Below, one piece after another: positions 8,093 through 16,556 of a DNA stretch of 32,000 bases; the stretch's first letter is position 1, and the number at the start of each line of letters is the position of its first letter. The DNA comes from Geobacter sulfurreducens PCA (lineage in GTDB: Bacteria > Desulfobacterota > Desulfuromonadia > Geobacterales > Geobacteraceae). Made by a program: the position numbers and the translations under genes. Under the pieces are notes generated by a model. It made no database searches. It worked only from the letters and a program-made list of their open reading frames with translations, and was not told where the DNA came from. The stretch covers positions 3,060,001 to 3,092,000 of the forward strand of contig NC_002939.5 of NCBI RefSeq assembly GCF_000007985.2, written 5' to 3'.

Positions 8093-10348
8093 TCAGGGCG
8101 AAACAGGTCTGCCGCCGAGGCAGTCCCCGAGGGTGAACCAGAAGGTGGCGCCGCGGTCGGCAGCGGCGTCCGCCCATATTTTCCCGCCGTGGCGATGGAT
8201 GATCCTCTGGACCGTGGCGAGGCCGATGCCGGTGCCTTCATAGTCATCACGGGCATGGAGCCGCTGAAACGGGACAAAAAGCTTGTCGGCGAAATTCATG
8301 TCGAAACCCGCGCCGTTATCCCTGACAAAAAACGTCTGCTGATCGCCCGACGGAATAACGCCGAACTCGATGCGCGCCCGCTCAGTGCGGGAGGTGAATT
8401 TCCAGGCATTGCCGAGCAGGTTGGACAATACCACGCGGATCAGGTTGCCGTCACACTGGGCCATGACATCGGGCGCGATCTCCGTGTCCACCAGCCGGTC
8501 CGGCGCGGCCTCCCGCAGGTCGGTCACGACGTCCATCGCAATGGTGCTCAGGTTGACGGGGTGACATTCCAGGGGTGAACGGTTCGTCCGTGAGAGACTA
8601 AGCAGCTCGTTGATCAGGGTATCCATCCTCTGGGCACCGCCTTCGATCCGCGTGAGCAGATCACGGCCCCCGTGGTCGAGCCGGTCGCCGTAGTCCTCCG
8701 CGACGACCCGGCTGAACCCGGCAATGTGACGCAGCGGCGCCCGCAGGTCATGGGAAACCGCCGAGCAGAAAGAATCCAGCTCGCGATTGGATAGCTCGAG
8801 CTCCCTCGTGCGCTCCCCCACCCTCCGTTCAAGCTCCTCGTTCAGCTGCCGCATCCCCAGTTCGGCGTTCTTGAGTTCGGTAATATCGTGGTTTACGACC
8901 AGGACCGCGGCGGACGAATCGTCCGCACCCCGTTCGGGGATCAGCGTGGTTTCAAAGTGGCGCAGGCCGCGAGGGGACTGGTAGGTAAATTCGAGCCGCT
9001 GTTCCCTCCCGGACGAGAAGACTTCGTTGATCGCCGCATCCCAGCGATCGACCAGTTCGTCCGGCATGCCGATCTCCCGGTTGGTCCTGCCAATGAAGTG
9101 CTCCGGCGGGAACCCCGTCACCCTTGTTATGGCGGCGCTCACATAGAGATGGCGCAGCTCGCGGTCGAACCGCGCGATGATGTCCGGGATGTTGTCGAGG
9201 ACGAGCCGGTGGCTCTGCTCCTGCCTCCGCAGCTCGTCTTCCATGAGGCGGCGCTCGGTGATGTCGTTGAAGACCGCCGCGAACTTCCCCCTCTCAGGGC
9301 AGTAGGCGCGGACGCTGTAGTATCTCCCGATCGCGCCCGCGTATTCTTCGAACTCCGCCGACCGCCCCGACAGGGCAACGTCCCCGTACCGCTCGATCCA
9401 GTGGCGCTCGGTGCCCGGCATCACCTCAAGGACCGTCTTGCCGACGATGTCGGCGGCCCGAAGCCCCGTCATCCGCTCAAAGGCCCCGTTCACCGCCAGG
9501 AACCGGTAGTCCGCGGGATTGCCGTCCCGGTCGCAGATCAACTCGTGGAGAGCGCAGCCGCTCATCATCTCCTCGAACAGGAGGCGATATCGCTCTTCGC
9601 TCCGGCAGAGCCTTTCCTGGGCGAGAATTCTGTCCGTCACGTCGCGCGCGACGGCGAACACCAGGTCCCCCGCCGGTGCGGCGCGCCATTCGAGCCACCG
9701 GTACGAACCGTCCCGGACGCGGTAGCGATTGGTAAAATCCTTCACCTGCCGTTGGTGCGCAAGGTCGGACATAGCCCCCATCGTCGCCTCGCGGTCGTCG
9801 GGGTGCACCAAGTCGATGAACTTCCTGCCGAGCAGCTCATGGAGAGGGAAACCGAGCACCTCTTCCCATGCAGGGTTGAGCCGCCGGAAATACCCACTGT
9901 TGTCGGCCACGCAGAGCAGGTCGAGGCTGTTGCGGAAGTAGGTGTCGCATTCTTCCGACTTCTGCCTCAACTCTGCCAGGACTCGCGAGAATATCGCACT
10001 GTCCCTGAAGGTGAGGATCACCTGCCCCAGCGCCGGCAGGAAGGCCGCCTCCACCTCCACCTGCCTGACACCGCCTTCCCGCTGCCTGAGCCCGATCTCG
10101 GCGCGGGCCGGGCTGCCCGAGGTTGCCGTGTTTATCAACGCGGTGTGCCATGTGCCGGAACCGCCGGCTTCAAGCTCGGCCAGGGACAGGGAGAGAAGCT
10201 CGGCCCGCGGGTAGCCGCTCAAAAGACACAATCCCTCGCCGACGTCGAGCAGCCGCCCCTGGCCGTCGGCAACGCAGAAGGCTGCCGCGTCCACAGGGGG
10301 TCCGTTGTACTCTTCGTTTGCCGCGTCGTAAGCCATGAAATCGACCAT
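8093..10348 (-). CDS. multi-PAS sensor histidine kinase (about 751 aa)
   Basis: Several PAS-like repeats, then a coiled-coil, then the H-box FCSAVSHDLRAPLRHI and an HATPase region (N-box LLGNAWKF, G-boxes DNGAGF and GTGIGLATV). No TM segments were seen. The start is uncertain between 10348, 10336 and 10405. Confidence 0.85.
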   Translation of the reverse strand: MVDFMAYDAANEEYNGPPVDAAAFCVADGQGRLLDVGEGLCLLSGYPRAELLSLSLAELEAGGSGTWHTALINTATSGSPARAEIGLRQREGGVRQVEVEAAFLPALGQVILTFRDSAIFSRVLAELRQKSEECDTYFRNSLDLLCVADNSGYFRRLNPAWEEVLGFPLHELLGRKFIDLVHPDDREATMGAMSDLAHQRQVKDFTNRYRVRDGSYRWLEWRAAPAGDLVFAVARDVTDRILAQERLCRSEERYRLLFEEMMSGCALHELICDRDGNPADYRFLAVNGAFERMTGLRAADIVGKTVLEVMPGTERHWIERYGDVALSGRSAEFEEYAGAIGRYYSVRAYCPERGKFAAVFNDITERRLMEDELRRQEQSHRLVLDNIPDIIARFDRELRHLYVSAAITRVTGFPPEHFIGRTNREIGMPDELVDRWDAAINEVFSSGREQRLEFTYQSPRGLRHFETTLIPERGADDSSAAVLVVNHDITELKNAELGMRQLNEELERRVGERTRELELSNRELDSFCSAVSHDLRAPLRHIAGFSRVVAEDYGDRLDHGGRDLLTRIEGGAQRMDTLINELLSLSRTNRSPLECHPVNLSTIAMDVVTDLREAAPDRLVDTEIAPDVMAQCDGNLIRVVLSNLLGNAWKFTSRTERARIEFGVIPSGDQQTFFVRDNGAGFDMNFADKLFVPFQRLHARDDYEGTGIGLATVQRIIHRHGGKIWADAAADRGATFWFTLGDCLGGRPVSP

Positions 10349-10486
10349 CCTTGCCGACCAGGTGATATCTCTGTGCAATGTCGGCTGAGCATAGCAGATT
10401 ATCATTGATCAAACAAACAGTTATGATCACGCCGATGCGGGTACCGTGAACCGTGAGATCAGTCAGGGGGGGGCGTTCGACGCCTA

Positions 10487-10909
10487 CTATCCGTTCGCCA
10501 GTTGTTCTTCCAACTCTCGGTAGACCGCTTCCATGACACCGTAACGGTGCCAGTGGCCGGCCAGCTTGCGGGCACATTCGATCATCCCCACGAGTCCGGC
10601 TGCGGTACCGCAAGCCACCAGGGCGGAGAGATCTCCATTGACGACCATAATGATGCCCGCAACGAACAGGGTGAAGCTCGACAGGAAGAGGGCCGTCTCC
10701 ATGTGCCGGAAGGGGGACTGGAGCATCCGCCCGAGGCGGGCGTAAGCGCGGGCATGGGCCCGCAGGCGGCGCCGGTACTCCTCCAGCTCGGCACCGTGAA
10801 ACCGGGCGCAGGCCCGTACGTGCAGACGGCACAGCGCCTGCCTGCTCGATGAGGAAAGGCGTTCGCCCAGGTAGTGTTCAAGTTCCGCGTCGATCATATA
10901 CGTGTCCAT
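10487..10909 (-). CDS. small hypothetical membrane protein (140 aa): basic helical N-terminus, 2 TM helices, C-terminal amphipathic helix
   Basis: ATG 10909 is preceded by GGAGG with a 6-nt spacer. There are two hydrophobic stretches (ALFLSSFTLFVAGIIMVV and LSALVACGTAAGLVGMI). They are followed by HWHRYGVMEAVYRELEEQL. Confidence 0.6.
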   Translation of the reverse strand: MDTYMIDAELEHYLGERLSSSSRQALCRLHVRACARFHGAELEEYRRRLRAHARAYARLGRMLQSPFRHMETALFLSSFTLFVAGIIMVVNGDLSALVACGTAAGLVGMIECARKLAGHWHRYGVMEAVYRELEEQLANG

Positions 10910-11103
10910 ATCAACCTCCCTGTGACACGTATCGGCGCAATTGATCAACTCTTAAAAAAATCTTCCAAAACAACATTTTACACATCATCGTGTCATATGA
11001 GACGGTCGCGTTCCCTCCGGCCGGCACGGGGCCATTTGCGAGTTCGGCCGGAGAGGGTATGCTTTCCATGATATCCACACCCCGGAAGGAGACCAAGAAC
11101 GCC

Positions 11104-11424
11104 ATGATCATCACCACAACTCCCACCATCGAAGGAAAGCGGATCGTCCGCTACTGCGGCGTTGTTGCCGGCGAGGCTATCCTCGGCGCAAACCTGTTCA
11201 AGGATCTGTTTGCCAATATCCGCGACATGGTGGGCGGCCGGTCGGCCACCTACGAGCGGGAATTGCAGCGGGCGCGCGACATCGCCCTGCGGGAACTGGA
11301 GGAGCGGGCCGAAGAACTGGGCGCCACGGCCGTGGTGGGGGTCGATCTTGACTACGAGGTCATGGGACAGGGGAACGGGATGCTGATGGTCTCGGCCAGC
11401 GGTACGGCGGTGGTGGTCGAGTAG
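11104..11424 (+). CDS. YbjQ/UPF0145-family protein, 106 aa
   Basis: [47 protein letters not shown]... is the characteristic YbjQ fold sequence. RBS GGAAGGAG is present. The track's longer N-terminus lacks an RBS. Confidence 0.85.
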   Translation: MIITTTPTIEGKRIVRYCGVVAGEAILGANLFKDLFANIRDMVGGRSATYERELQRARDIALRELEERAEELGATAVVGVDLDYEVMGQGNGMLMVSASGTAVVVE

Positions 11425-11440
11425 AAAGGGAGAGGACGCC

Positions 11441-12193
11441 ATGGCGGAGGGGTTCAAGGACTATTTTTCCGACACTTCCGATGCGTACCGGACCTATCGC
11501 CCCGAGTATCCGGACGCGCTCTTCGCGTGGCTGGCCGGGCTTCCGCCCCGCCGGGACGCCGCCCTCGATTGCGGCTGCGGCACCGGCCAGGCATCGGTGG
11601 TCCTTGCCAGCTACTTTCCCCGGGTCTACGCGGTGGACCCCAGCGCCGGCCAGATAGCCAGCGCCGTCCCCCACGAGGGGGTCGTGTACCGCGTGGCCCC
11701 GGCGGAACAGACAGGGCTGCCCGGTGCGAGCGTTGACCTGGTGGTGGCCGCCCAGGCTCTCCACTGGTTCGACTTCGACCGGTTCTACCCGGAGGTGCGC
11801 CGGGTCGGGCGACCCGGCTCCGTATTCGCCGCCTTCAGCTACGGCCTGCTTTCCATCGACGCGGACCTGGACCGGATCATCGGCCGGTTCTACCGCGAGG
11901 TGATCGGTCGCTACTGGCCCCCCGAACGGGCCCACGTGGACGACGGCTACCGCTCCATCCCCTTCCCGTTCCCCGAAATCGCTGCGCCTCCCTTTGCCAT
12001 GGAGGCACGCTGGGAACTGGAGCACCTGCTCGGCTACCTGGCAACCTGGTCTGCAGTCAGGGAATACCGGCAACGGCTCGGCACCGATCCGCTGCCGGAG
12101 CTTGCCCGGGAGGTGCGGGACGCCTGGGGCATCCCGGAGGAGGGACGAACCATTGTCTGGCCCCTGGCGCTGCGGGTGGGGCGCATCGCGTAG
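11441..12193 (+). CDS. class I SAM-dependent methyltransferase, 250 aa
   Basis: Has motif I LDCGCGTGQASVVLA. An RBS (GGGAGAGGA) is present, 16 nt after the ybjQ-like stop. Confidence 0.85.
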   Translation: MAEGFKDYFSDTSDAYRTYRPEYPDALFAWLAGLPPRRDAALDCGCGTGQASVVLASYFPRVYAVDPSAGQIASAVPHEGVVYRVAPAEQTGLPGASVDLVVAAQALHWFDFDRFYPEVRRVGRPGSVFAAFSYGLLSIDADLDRIIGRFYREVIGRYWPPERAHVDDGYRSIPFPFPEIAAPPFAMEARWELEHLLGYLATWSAVREYRQRLGTDPLPELAREVRDAWGIPEEGRTIVWPLALRVGRIA

Positions 12194-12200
12194 GGCGGTG

Positions 12201-12389
12201 TCAGCCCCGCCGGTGGGGTATGGATGCCAGGGCCCCCTTGAGGTCCGCCAGGGCCTGCTCGATCTCCGCCACGTTTGCCTCGATTTCTTCGAGGTCGCCG
12301 TTCACGTCCAGCTTGTCGGCAAACTCCTTGATGATCGCCATGTGCCCTGCCAGCAGCTCATTGACCCGCGATGTCTCGATGTGTGTCAT
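12201..12389 (-). CDS. small acidic coiled-coil hypothetical protein, 62 aa
   Basis: ATG 12389 is preceded by GGAGGAGGGG. Helical heptad-like sequence (EIEANVAEIEQALADLKGAL). The longer track ORF (to 12542) has no RBS. Confidence 0.5.
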   Translation of the reverse strand: MTHIETSRVNELLAGHMAIIKEFADKLDVNGDLEEIEANVAEIEQALADLKGALASIPHRRG

Positions 12390-12477
12390 AGTATCCCCTC
12401 CTCCCGTTCGGCCGCGCCGATCATCCTCCATTATCCCCGGTGGCCGACGAAAACCAGTATAGCCGCCCCGCCCCCGC

Positions 12478-12493
12478 TGGCAAGTGCCCTGCA
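12478..12493 (+). promoter_or_regulatory. sigma-54-type promoter candidate upstream of mscL (cTGGCAAG-N4-CTGCA)
   Basis: GG and GC doublets are at the canonical 10-nt separation. There are two mismatches to TGGCACG-N4-TTGCA. It lies 93 nt upstream of the mscL ATG. Confidence 0.4.
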
Positions 12494-12585
12494 AAAAGAG
12501 GCACGTTCTCCCTTCCAATCGGGCGGGGATGTGGTACAACAAAGGTTATTGCCGGCCCAACGACCAGCCCACTACACGGAGGTGC

Positions 12586-13020
12586 ATGATGTTCAAGGAG
12601 TTCAAGGAATTCGCCATGAAGGGAAATGTGGTCGATCTGGCCATCGGCGTTATCATCGGCGGCGCATTCGGCAAGATCGTCACGTCGGTGGTCAATGATA
12701 TCGTGATGCCTCCCATCGGCCTCCTGATGGGCAAAATGGACTTCTCGAACCTTTTCATCGACCTGTCGGGCAAGGGCTACGAGAGCCTCAAGGCCGCCAA
12801 GGACGCAGGCGCGCCGGTCATCAGCTACGGTGCCTTCATCAACACGGTCCTGGACTTCGTCATCGTGGCCTTCGTGATCTTCCTGGTGATCAAGCAGATC
12901 AACCGCCTGAAAAAGGAGCCGGTGCCCGCCCCGCCCGACACCAAGGAGTGCGCCTTCTGCTGCTCCGCCATCCCCATCAAGGCCACCCGCTGCCCCCACT
13001 GCACGTCGGAACAGAAATAG
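12586..13020 (+). CDS. mscL: large-conductance mechanosensitive channel MscL with a C-terminal Cys4 (zinc-ribbon-like) tail, 144 aa
   Basis: [32 protein letters not shown]... is the hallmark MscL TM1. RBS ACGGAGG is present. The C-terminus reads [20 protein letters not shown]. Confidence 0.95.
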
Positions 13021-13069
13021 CTTTATCCGGGCGGAGACACGATTACCGCTTCAACGGCTTGATGGCACG

Positions 13070-13101
13070 AAAAAGGGCGCTCCGCCGGGAGCGCCCTTTT
13101 T
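13070..13101. terminator. bidirectional intrinsic terminator between mscL and the convergent Fe-S oxidoreductase gene
   Basis: The hairpin is AAAAA-GGGCGCTCC-GCCG-GGAGCGCCC-TTTTT. It has a 9-bp GC stem and a 4-nt loop. An A-run and a T-run flank it, so it can terminate on both strands. Confidence 0.85.
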
Positions 13102-13128
13102 CATTGCCAACCACTGCCGAATGCTGTG

Positions 13129-15114
13129 CTACGAAACCGGCCGCATCCCCTCGGCCACCACCTCGGCAATGTCTCTTACCCGGGTCTGGCCGGCCTGCTT
13201 GTCCTTGAGCCCGTCCTCAAACATGGTCATGCAGTAGGGGCAGGCAACGCAGATGGTGTCGGGGTTCTTCGACAGGGCTTCGGAGACCCGGTTCAGGTTG
13301 ATCCGGGTGCCGGTCTGCTCCTCCATCCACATGCGACCGCCGCCGGCGCCGCAGCAGAACGACTCATCCCGGGCCCGGTCGAACTCGGTCGGTGCAGTGC
13401 CGGTGACCGTGGCCACCACCTCCCGCGGGGCTTCATAGACGTCGTTGTGCCGCCCGAGGTAGCAGGAGTCGTGGAGAATGATCTTCCCCAGATCGCTCAC
13501 CCGGCGGTCGAGCTTCAGCCGGCCCTCGGCCAGGAGCTGCCGGATCAGTTCCGCGTGGTGGATCACCTCGAGCTCGATGCCGTACTGGCGGTAGTCGTTC
13601 TTGAGGGTGGTGAAACAGTGGGGGCATTGGGCAATGACCTTGGTCACCCCCCGCCCCCGGAAGAGAGCCACATTCTCCCGGGCCATCCGGTCAAAGACGT
13701 ACTCGTTCCCCAGGCGCCTGAGGCTGTCGCCGCAGCACTTCTCGTCCTTGCCGAGGATTCCCCAGGATATGCCGGCCGCGTCGAGGATCGTCGCCAGGTT
13801 GACCGTCACCTGCTTGCTGCGGGAGTCGAAGGAGCCGGCGCACCCCACGTAGAGGAGATACTCGGTCTCGCCCTTGGCAAAGGGTTTTACATCCAGGAGG
13901 GACGCCCACTTGGTCCGCTCACCGGGGGCGATGCCCCAGGGGTTGGAGCGCTGCTCCATGTTCTCGAAAAGGTTCAGAAGCTCTTCCGGGAACCGGGCCT
14001 CCATCTCGACCAGGTGACGCCGCATTCCCACGATCTTGGGCAGGTGCTCGATAAAGACCGGGCAGGCCTCCATGCAGGCCCCGCAGGAGGTGCAGGCCCA
14101 GATGGACTCCTCGGACACGCTCCCCGGGCCGCCGTCGCCGATGAGCGGCAGGGTCGGCACCCCGCCCCGCTTAAGGAGCGGCCCGTTGGCCAGGAGGTTC
14201 ACCTTGATGTCATTCACCACCTGGCGCGGGTTCAGGGGCTTGCCGGTGATGTTGGCGGGGCAGACCTGCTGACAGCGACCGCACTTGGTACAGGCAAAGG
14301 GGTCGAAGAGATCCTTGACCGTGAACCGGTCCACCTGGCCGACACCGAAGGCGCGCCCCGCCTCGAAGACTTCGGGGAGCTGGGTGTTGGGCCGTGCCTC
14401 CGGATGGAGGAAGCAGTTGGCGATGGCCGTAAAGACGTGCAGATGCTTGGTGAAGGGGATCAGCACCGTTATGAAGGAGAGGAGCGCGGCGGCATGGAGC
14501 CACCAGTAGAAATTGAAGGTGGCCTCGATGTGCTTGGGGGTCAGATCGGCCAGGAATTCGCCGAAGAAGGAGGCGATCGGCATGAAGGCTGCGGCCCGCT
14601 CCTCGCCCCGGGCGATCTCGGCGGCGCTCACCCCGAAAAAGGCGATCATGTGGACGGCGATGAGCACGAGGATCAGGTACGACTCGAAACTGCGGGCCTC
14701 GGGATAAGGGGGGAAGAAGGTCCGCCGCACCAGGGCGATGGCAATGGCCACCAGCGTGAGGGCCGACATGACGTCCGACAGGAACCGGATCGGCACGTAG
14801 AGGGCATCGGGCAGCGCCGACAGGCGGGCCGCCGGGAAAACGCCGCTCACCACGAATTCCACGTTCACGAAGGCCAGAACCATGCAGGCCCAGAAGATGA
14901 CCAGGTGGTTCAGGCCGAAGAATTTATGGAGCACCCGCTTCTGGACGAAGGCGTACAGCAGCATCTCCCTGAGTCCCTCGCCGACCCCCCGGAACGTGTA
15001 GCCGGGGCGGCCGAGGGTAACAAGGCTCAGCTTGCGGTAGAGGCTCCAGGCAAAGAATGCCAGGGACGCCAGGAGCAGTGGAGCAAAAACGGCAGGATTC
15101 GGATGCATGTACAT
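13129..15114 (-). CDS. membrane-bound Fe-S oxidoreductase: N-terminal polytopic (NarI/DsrM-like) domain fused to a 2x[4Fe-4S] and double CCG (HdrD/GlpC/DsrK-like) domain, 661 aa
   Basis: About 5 hydrophobic helices in the first 230 aa. Ferredoxin motifs CTKCGRCQQVCP and CTSCGACMEACP. CCG-type cysteine motifs KCCGDS and FCCGAGGG plus VACPYC. The start could be ATG 15114 or 15108. Confidence 0.9.
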   Translation of the reverse strand: MYMHPNPAVFAPLLLASLAFFAWSLYRKLSLVTLGRPGYTFRGVGEGLREMLLYAFVQKRVLHKFFGLNHLVIFWACMVLAFVNVEFVVSGVFPAARLSALPDALYVPIRFLSDVMSALTLVAIAIALVRRTFFPPYPEARSFESYLILVLIAVHMIAFFGVSAAEIARGEERAAAFMPIASFFGEFLADLTPKHIEATFNFYWWLHAAALLSFITVLIPFTKHLHVFTAIANCFLHPEARPNTQLPEVFEAGRAFGVGQVDRFTVKDLFDPFACTKCGRCQQVCPANITGKPLNPRQVVNDIKVNLLANGPLLKRGGVPTLPLIGDGGPGSVSEESIWACTSCGACMEACPVFIEHLPKIVGMRRHLVEMEARFPEELLNLFENMEQRSNPWGIAPGERTKWASLLDVKPFAKGETEYLLYVGCAGSFDSRSKQVTVNLATILDAAGISWGILGKDEKCCGDSLRRLGNEYVFDRMARENVALFRGRGVTKVIAQCPHCFTTLKNDYRQYGIELEVIHHAELIRQLLAEGRLKLDRRVSDLGKIILHDSCYLGRHNDVYEAPREVVATVTGTAPTEFDRARDESFCCGAGGGRMWMEEQTGTRINLNRVSEALSKNPDTICVACPYCMTMFEDGLKDKQAGQTRVRDIAEVVAEGMRPVS

Positions 15115-15169
15115 GAACCTCGTAGCAATGAGCGAGATGATGAAGTGCGAACTGGTCGGGCTGTGACCT

Positions 15170-16513
15170 CTAGCCGCCGGTCACAGGACCCTGATTCTTC
15201 AGCTCCCGGATGCGCTGGGTAATGGCCGGGACGATCTGGAACAGGTCACCCACGATGCCGTAGGTGGCCACCTGAAAGATGGGGGCGTCCTTGTCGCGGT
15301 TAATGGCGATGACCACGTCGGAATCCTGCATCCCCACCAGGTGCTGGATTGCGCCCGAGATCCCGCAGGCGATGTAAATCTTGGGTCGCACCGTCTTGCC
15401 CGTCTGGCCCACCTGGCGCTCGTGGGGCATCCAGCCGGCGTCCACGGCGCTGCGCGACGCACCCACAACCCCGCCCAGTTCGTCGGCCAGTTCCTTGAGG
15501 ATGGAGAAGTTCTCCGGCGCCATCATGCCGCGGCCGCCGGAAACGATGAACTCGGCACCGGCCAGGTCCACGTGGTCGCCCTTCTTGTCCCGGATGATCT
15601 CCAGCACCTTGGTCAGGATGTCGGCCTCGTTGATGGCGCACTGTTCGCGGACGATCTCGCCCGTGGCACCCTCGATCCGCTCCGGCATCTTCATGACGTG
15701 GGGCCGCACCGTGGCCATCTGGGGGCGGAACCGGTCGCACATGATGGTGGCCATGATGTTCCCGCCGAAGGCGGGGCGGGTCTGCTTCAGGTTCCTCTTG
15801 TCGTCCACGTCCAGCCCGGTGCAGTCTGCGGTCAGGCCGGTCTTGACCCGCGTGGCCACCGCGCCCGCCAGGTCGCGGCCCATGCCGGTGGCGCCCATGA
15901 GGATGATCTCGGGCTTGTACTTCCCGATCAGGTAGCAGCAGGCTTCCAGGTAGGGTTCGGTCCGGTAGTGAAGGAAGACTTCTTGGTCCAGCAGATAGGC
16001 CTTGGTGGCGCCGTAGGCGAACGACTCGCGGCAGAGATGCTCCACGTCGCGGCCGATGACCACGGCGCACAGCTCCGTGCCGAGGCTGCGGGCGAGCTCG
16101 CCCCCCACCCCAAGCAGTTCCCAGGAAACCTTGGCCGGCTCACCCTCGGTCTGCTCAATGAAGACCCAAACCCCCCGATAAGCGGCGAGCATCCGGGCCA
16201 GGGCAGCTTCTTCCTCGTCCACCTCTTCGGCGGCCCCGCCGGCTCCGGCGGCCTCCTGCTGGCGAGCCAGCTCTTCGAGGATCTTCAGCTCCTCGGGGGT
16301 GAAGAACATCTCCAGGGCCTCGGCCGGGCAGACCTTGACGCACTTGACGCAGCCGATGCACTTCTCGCTGAGAATGATCGGCTCGCCGGCGTCGTTCATG
16401 TCGATACAGTTGACTGGGCAGGCGCTCTGGCACCGGGCGCCGCAGGCGATGCACTTTCCTTCGATCAGCCGTGCCCGGCCCCGGGGTTTCTTCGGTTTTA
16501 CCGGTTGAGTCAT
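15170..16513 (-). CDS. etfA: electron transfer flavoprotein alpha subunit with an N-terminal 2x[4Fe-4S] ferredoxin domain, 447 aa
   Basis: N-terminus has CIACGARCQSACP and CIGCVKCVKVCP. The C-terminal half is EtfA/FixB-like, with FAD-binding region SRSAVDAGWMPHERQVGQTGKTVRPKIYIACGISGAIQH. RBS GAGG is present. Confidence 0.9.
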   Translation of the reverse strand: MTQPVKPKKPRGRARLIEGKCIACGARCQSACPVNCIDMNDAGEPIILSEKCIGCVKCVKVCPAEALEMFFTPEELKILEELARQQEAAGAGGAAEEVDEEEAALARMLAAYRGVWVFIEQTEGEPAKVSWELLGVGGELARSLGTELCAVVIGRDVEHLCRESFAYGATKAYLLDQEVFLHYRTEPYLEACCYLIGKYKPEIILMGATGMGRDLAGAVATRVKTGLTADCTGLDVDDKRNLKQTRPAFGGNIMATIMCDRFRPQMATVRPHVMKMPERIEGATGEIVREQCAINEADILTKVLEIIRDKKGDHVDLAGAEFIVSGGRGMMAPENFSILKELADELGGVVGASRSAVDAGWMPHERQVGQTGKTVRPKIYIACGISGAIQHLVGMQDSDVVIAINRDKDAPIFQVATYGIVGDLFQIVPAITQRIRELKNQGPVTGG

Positions 16514-16556
16514 TGAATACCTCGTCTATGCGTTCACGCGTTCAGGCGTTGATTCG

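Noticed and set aside
8888-10408. 506-aa plus-strand ORF opposite the PAS histidine kinase
   Set aside because: Antisense shadow ORF. The kinase frame carries H-box, N-box and G-box motifs, and the antisense frame has none.
10990-11103. N-terminal extensions offered by the ORF track for ybjQ-like (10990), mscL (12484), LysR (6297), the RND permease (558), nifEN (27071), DUF882 (27952), ferredoxin (23848), NifX-like (23496), draG (19583) and the hexahaem cytochrome (27963)
   Set aside because: In each case an internal start has a proper RBS and gives the canonical family N-terminus or signal peptide. Several track starts are TTG codons or overlap the upstream gene.
13126-15222. 698-aa plus-strand ORF opposite the membrane Fe-S oxidoreductase
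   Set aside because: Antisense shadow ORF with low-complexity G/H/E/P/D composition. The minus frame has TM helices, ferredoxin motifs and CCG motifs.
15300-16516. 256-aa minus-strand and 391-aa plus-strand ORFs within etfA
   Set aside because: They are alternative or antisense frames of a clearly identified EtfA. Arg/Gly/Pro-rich.
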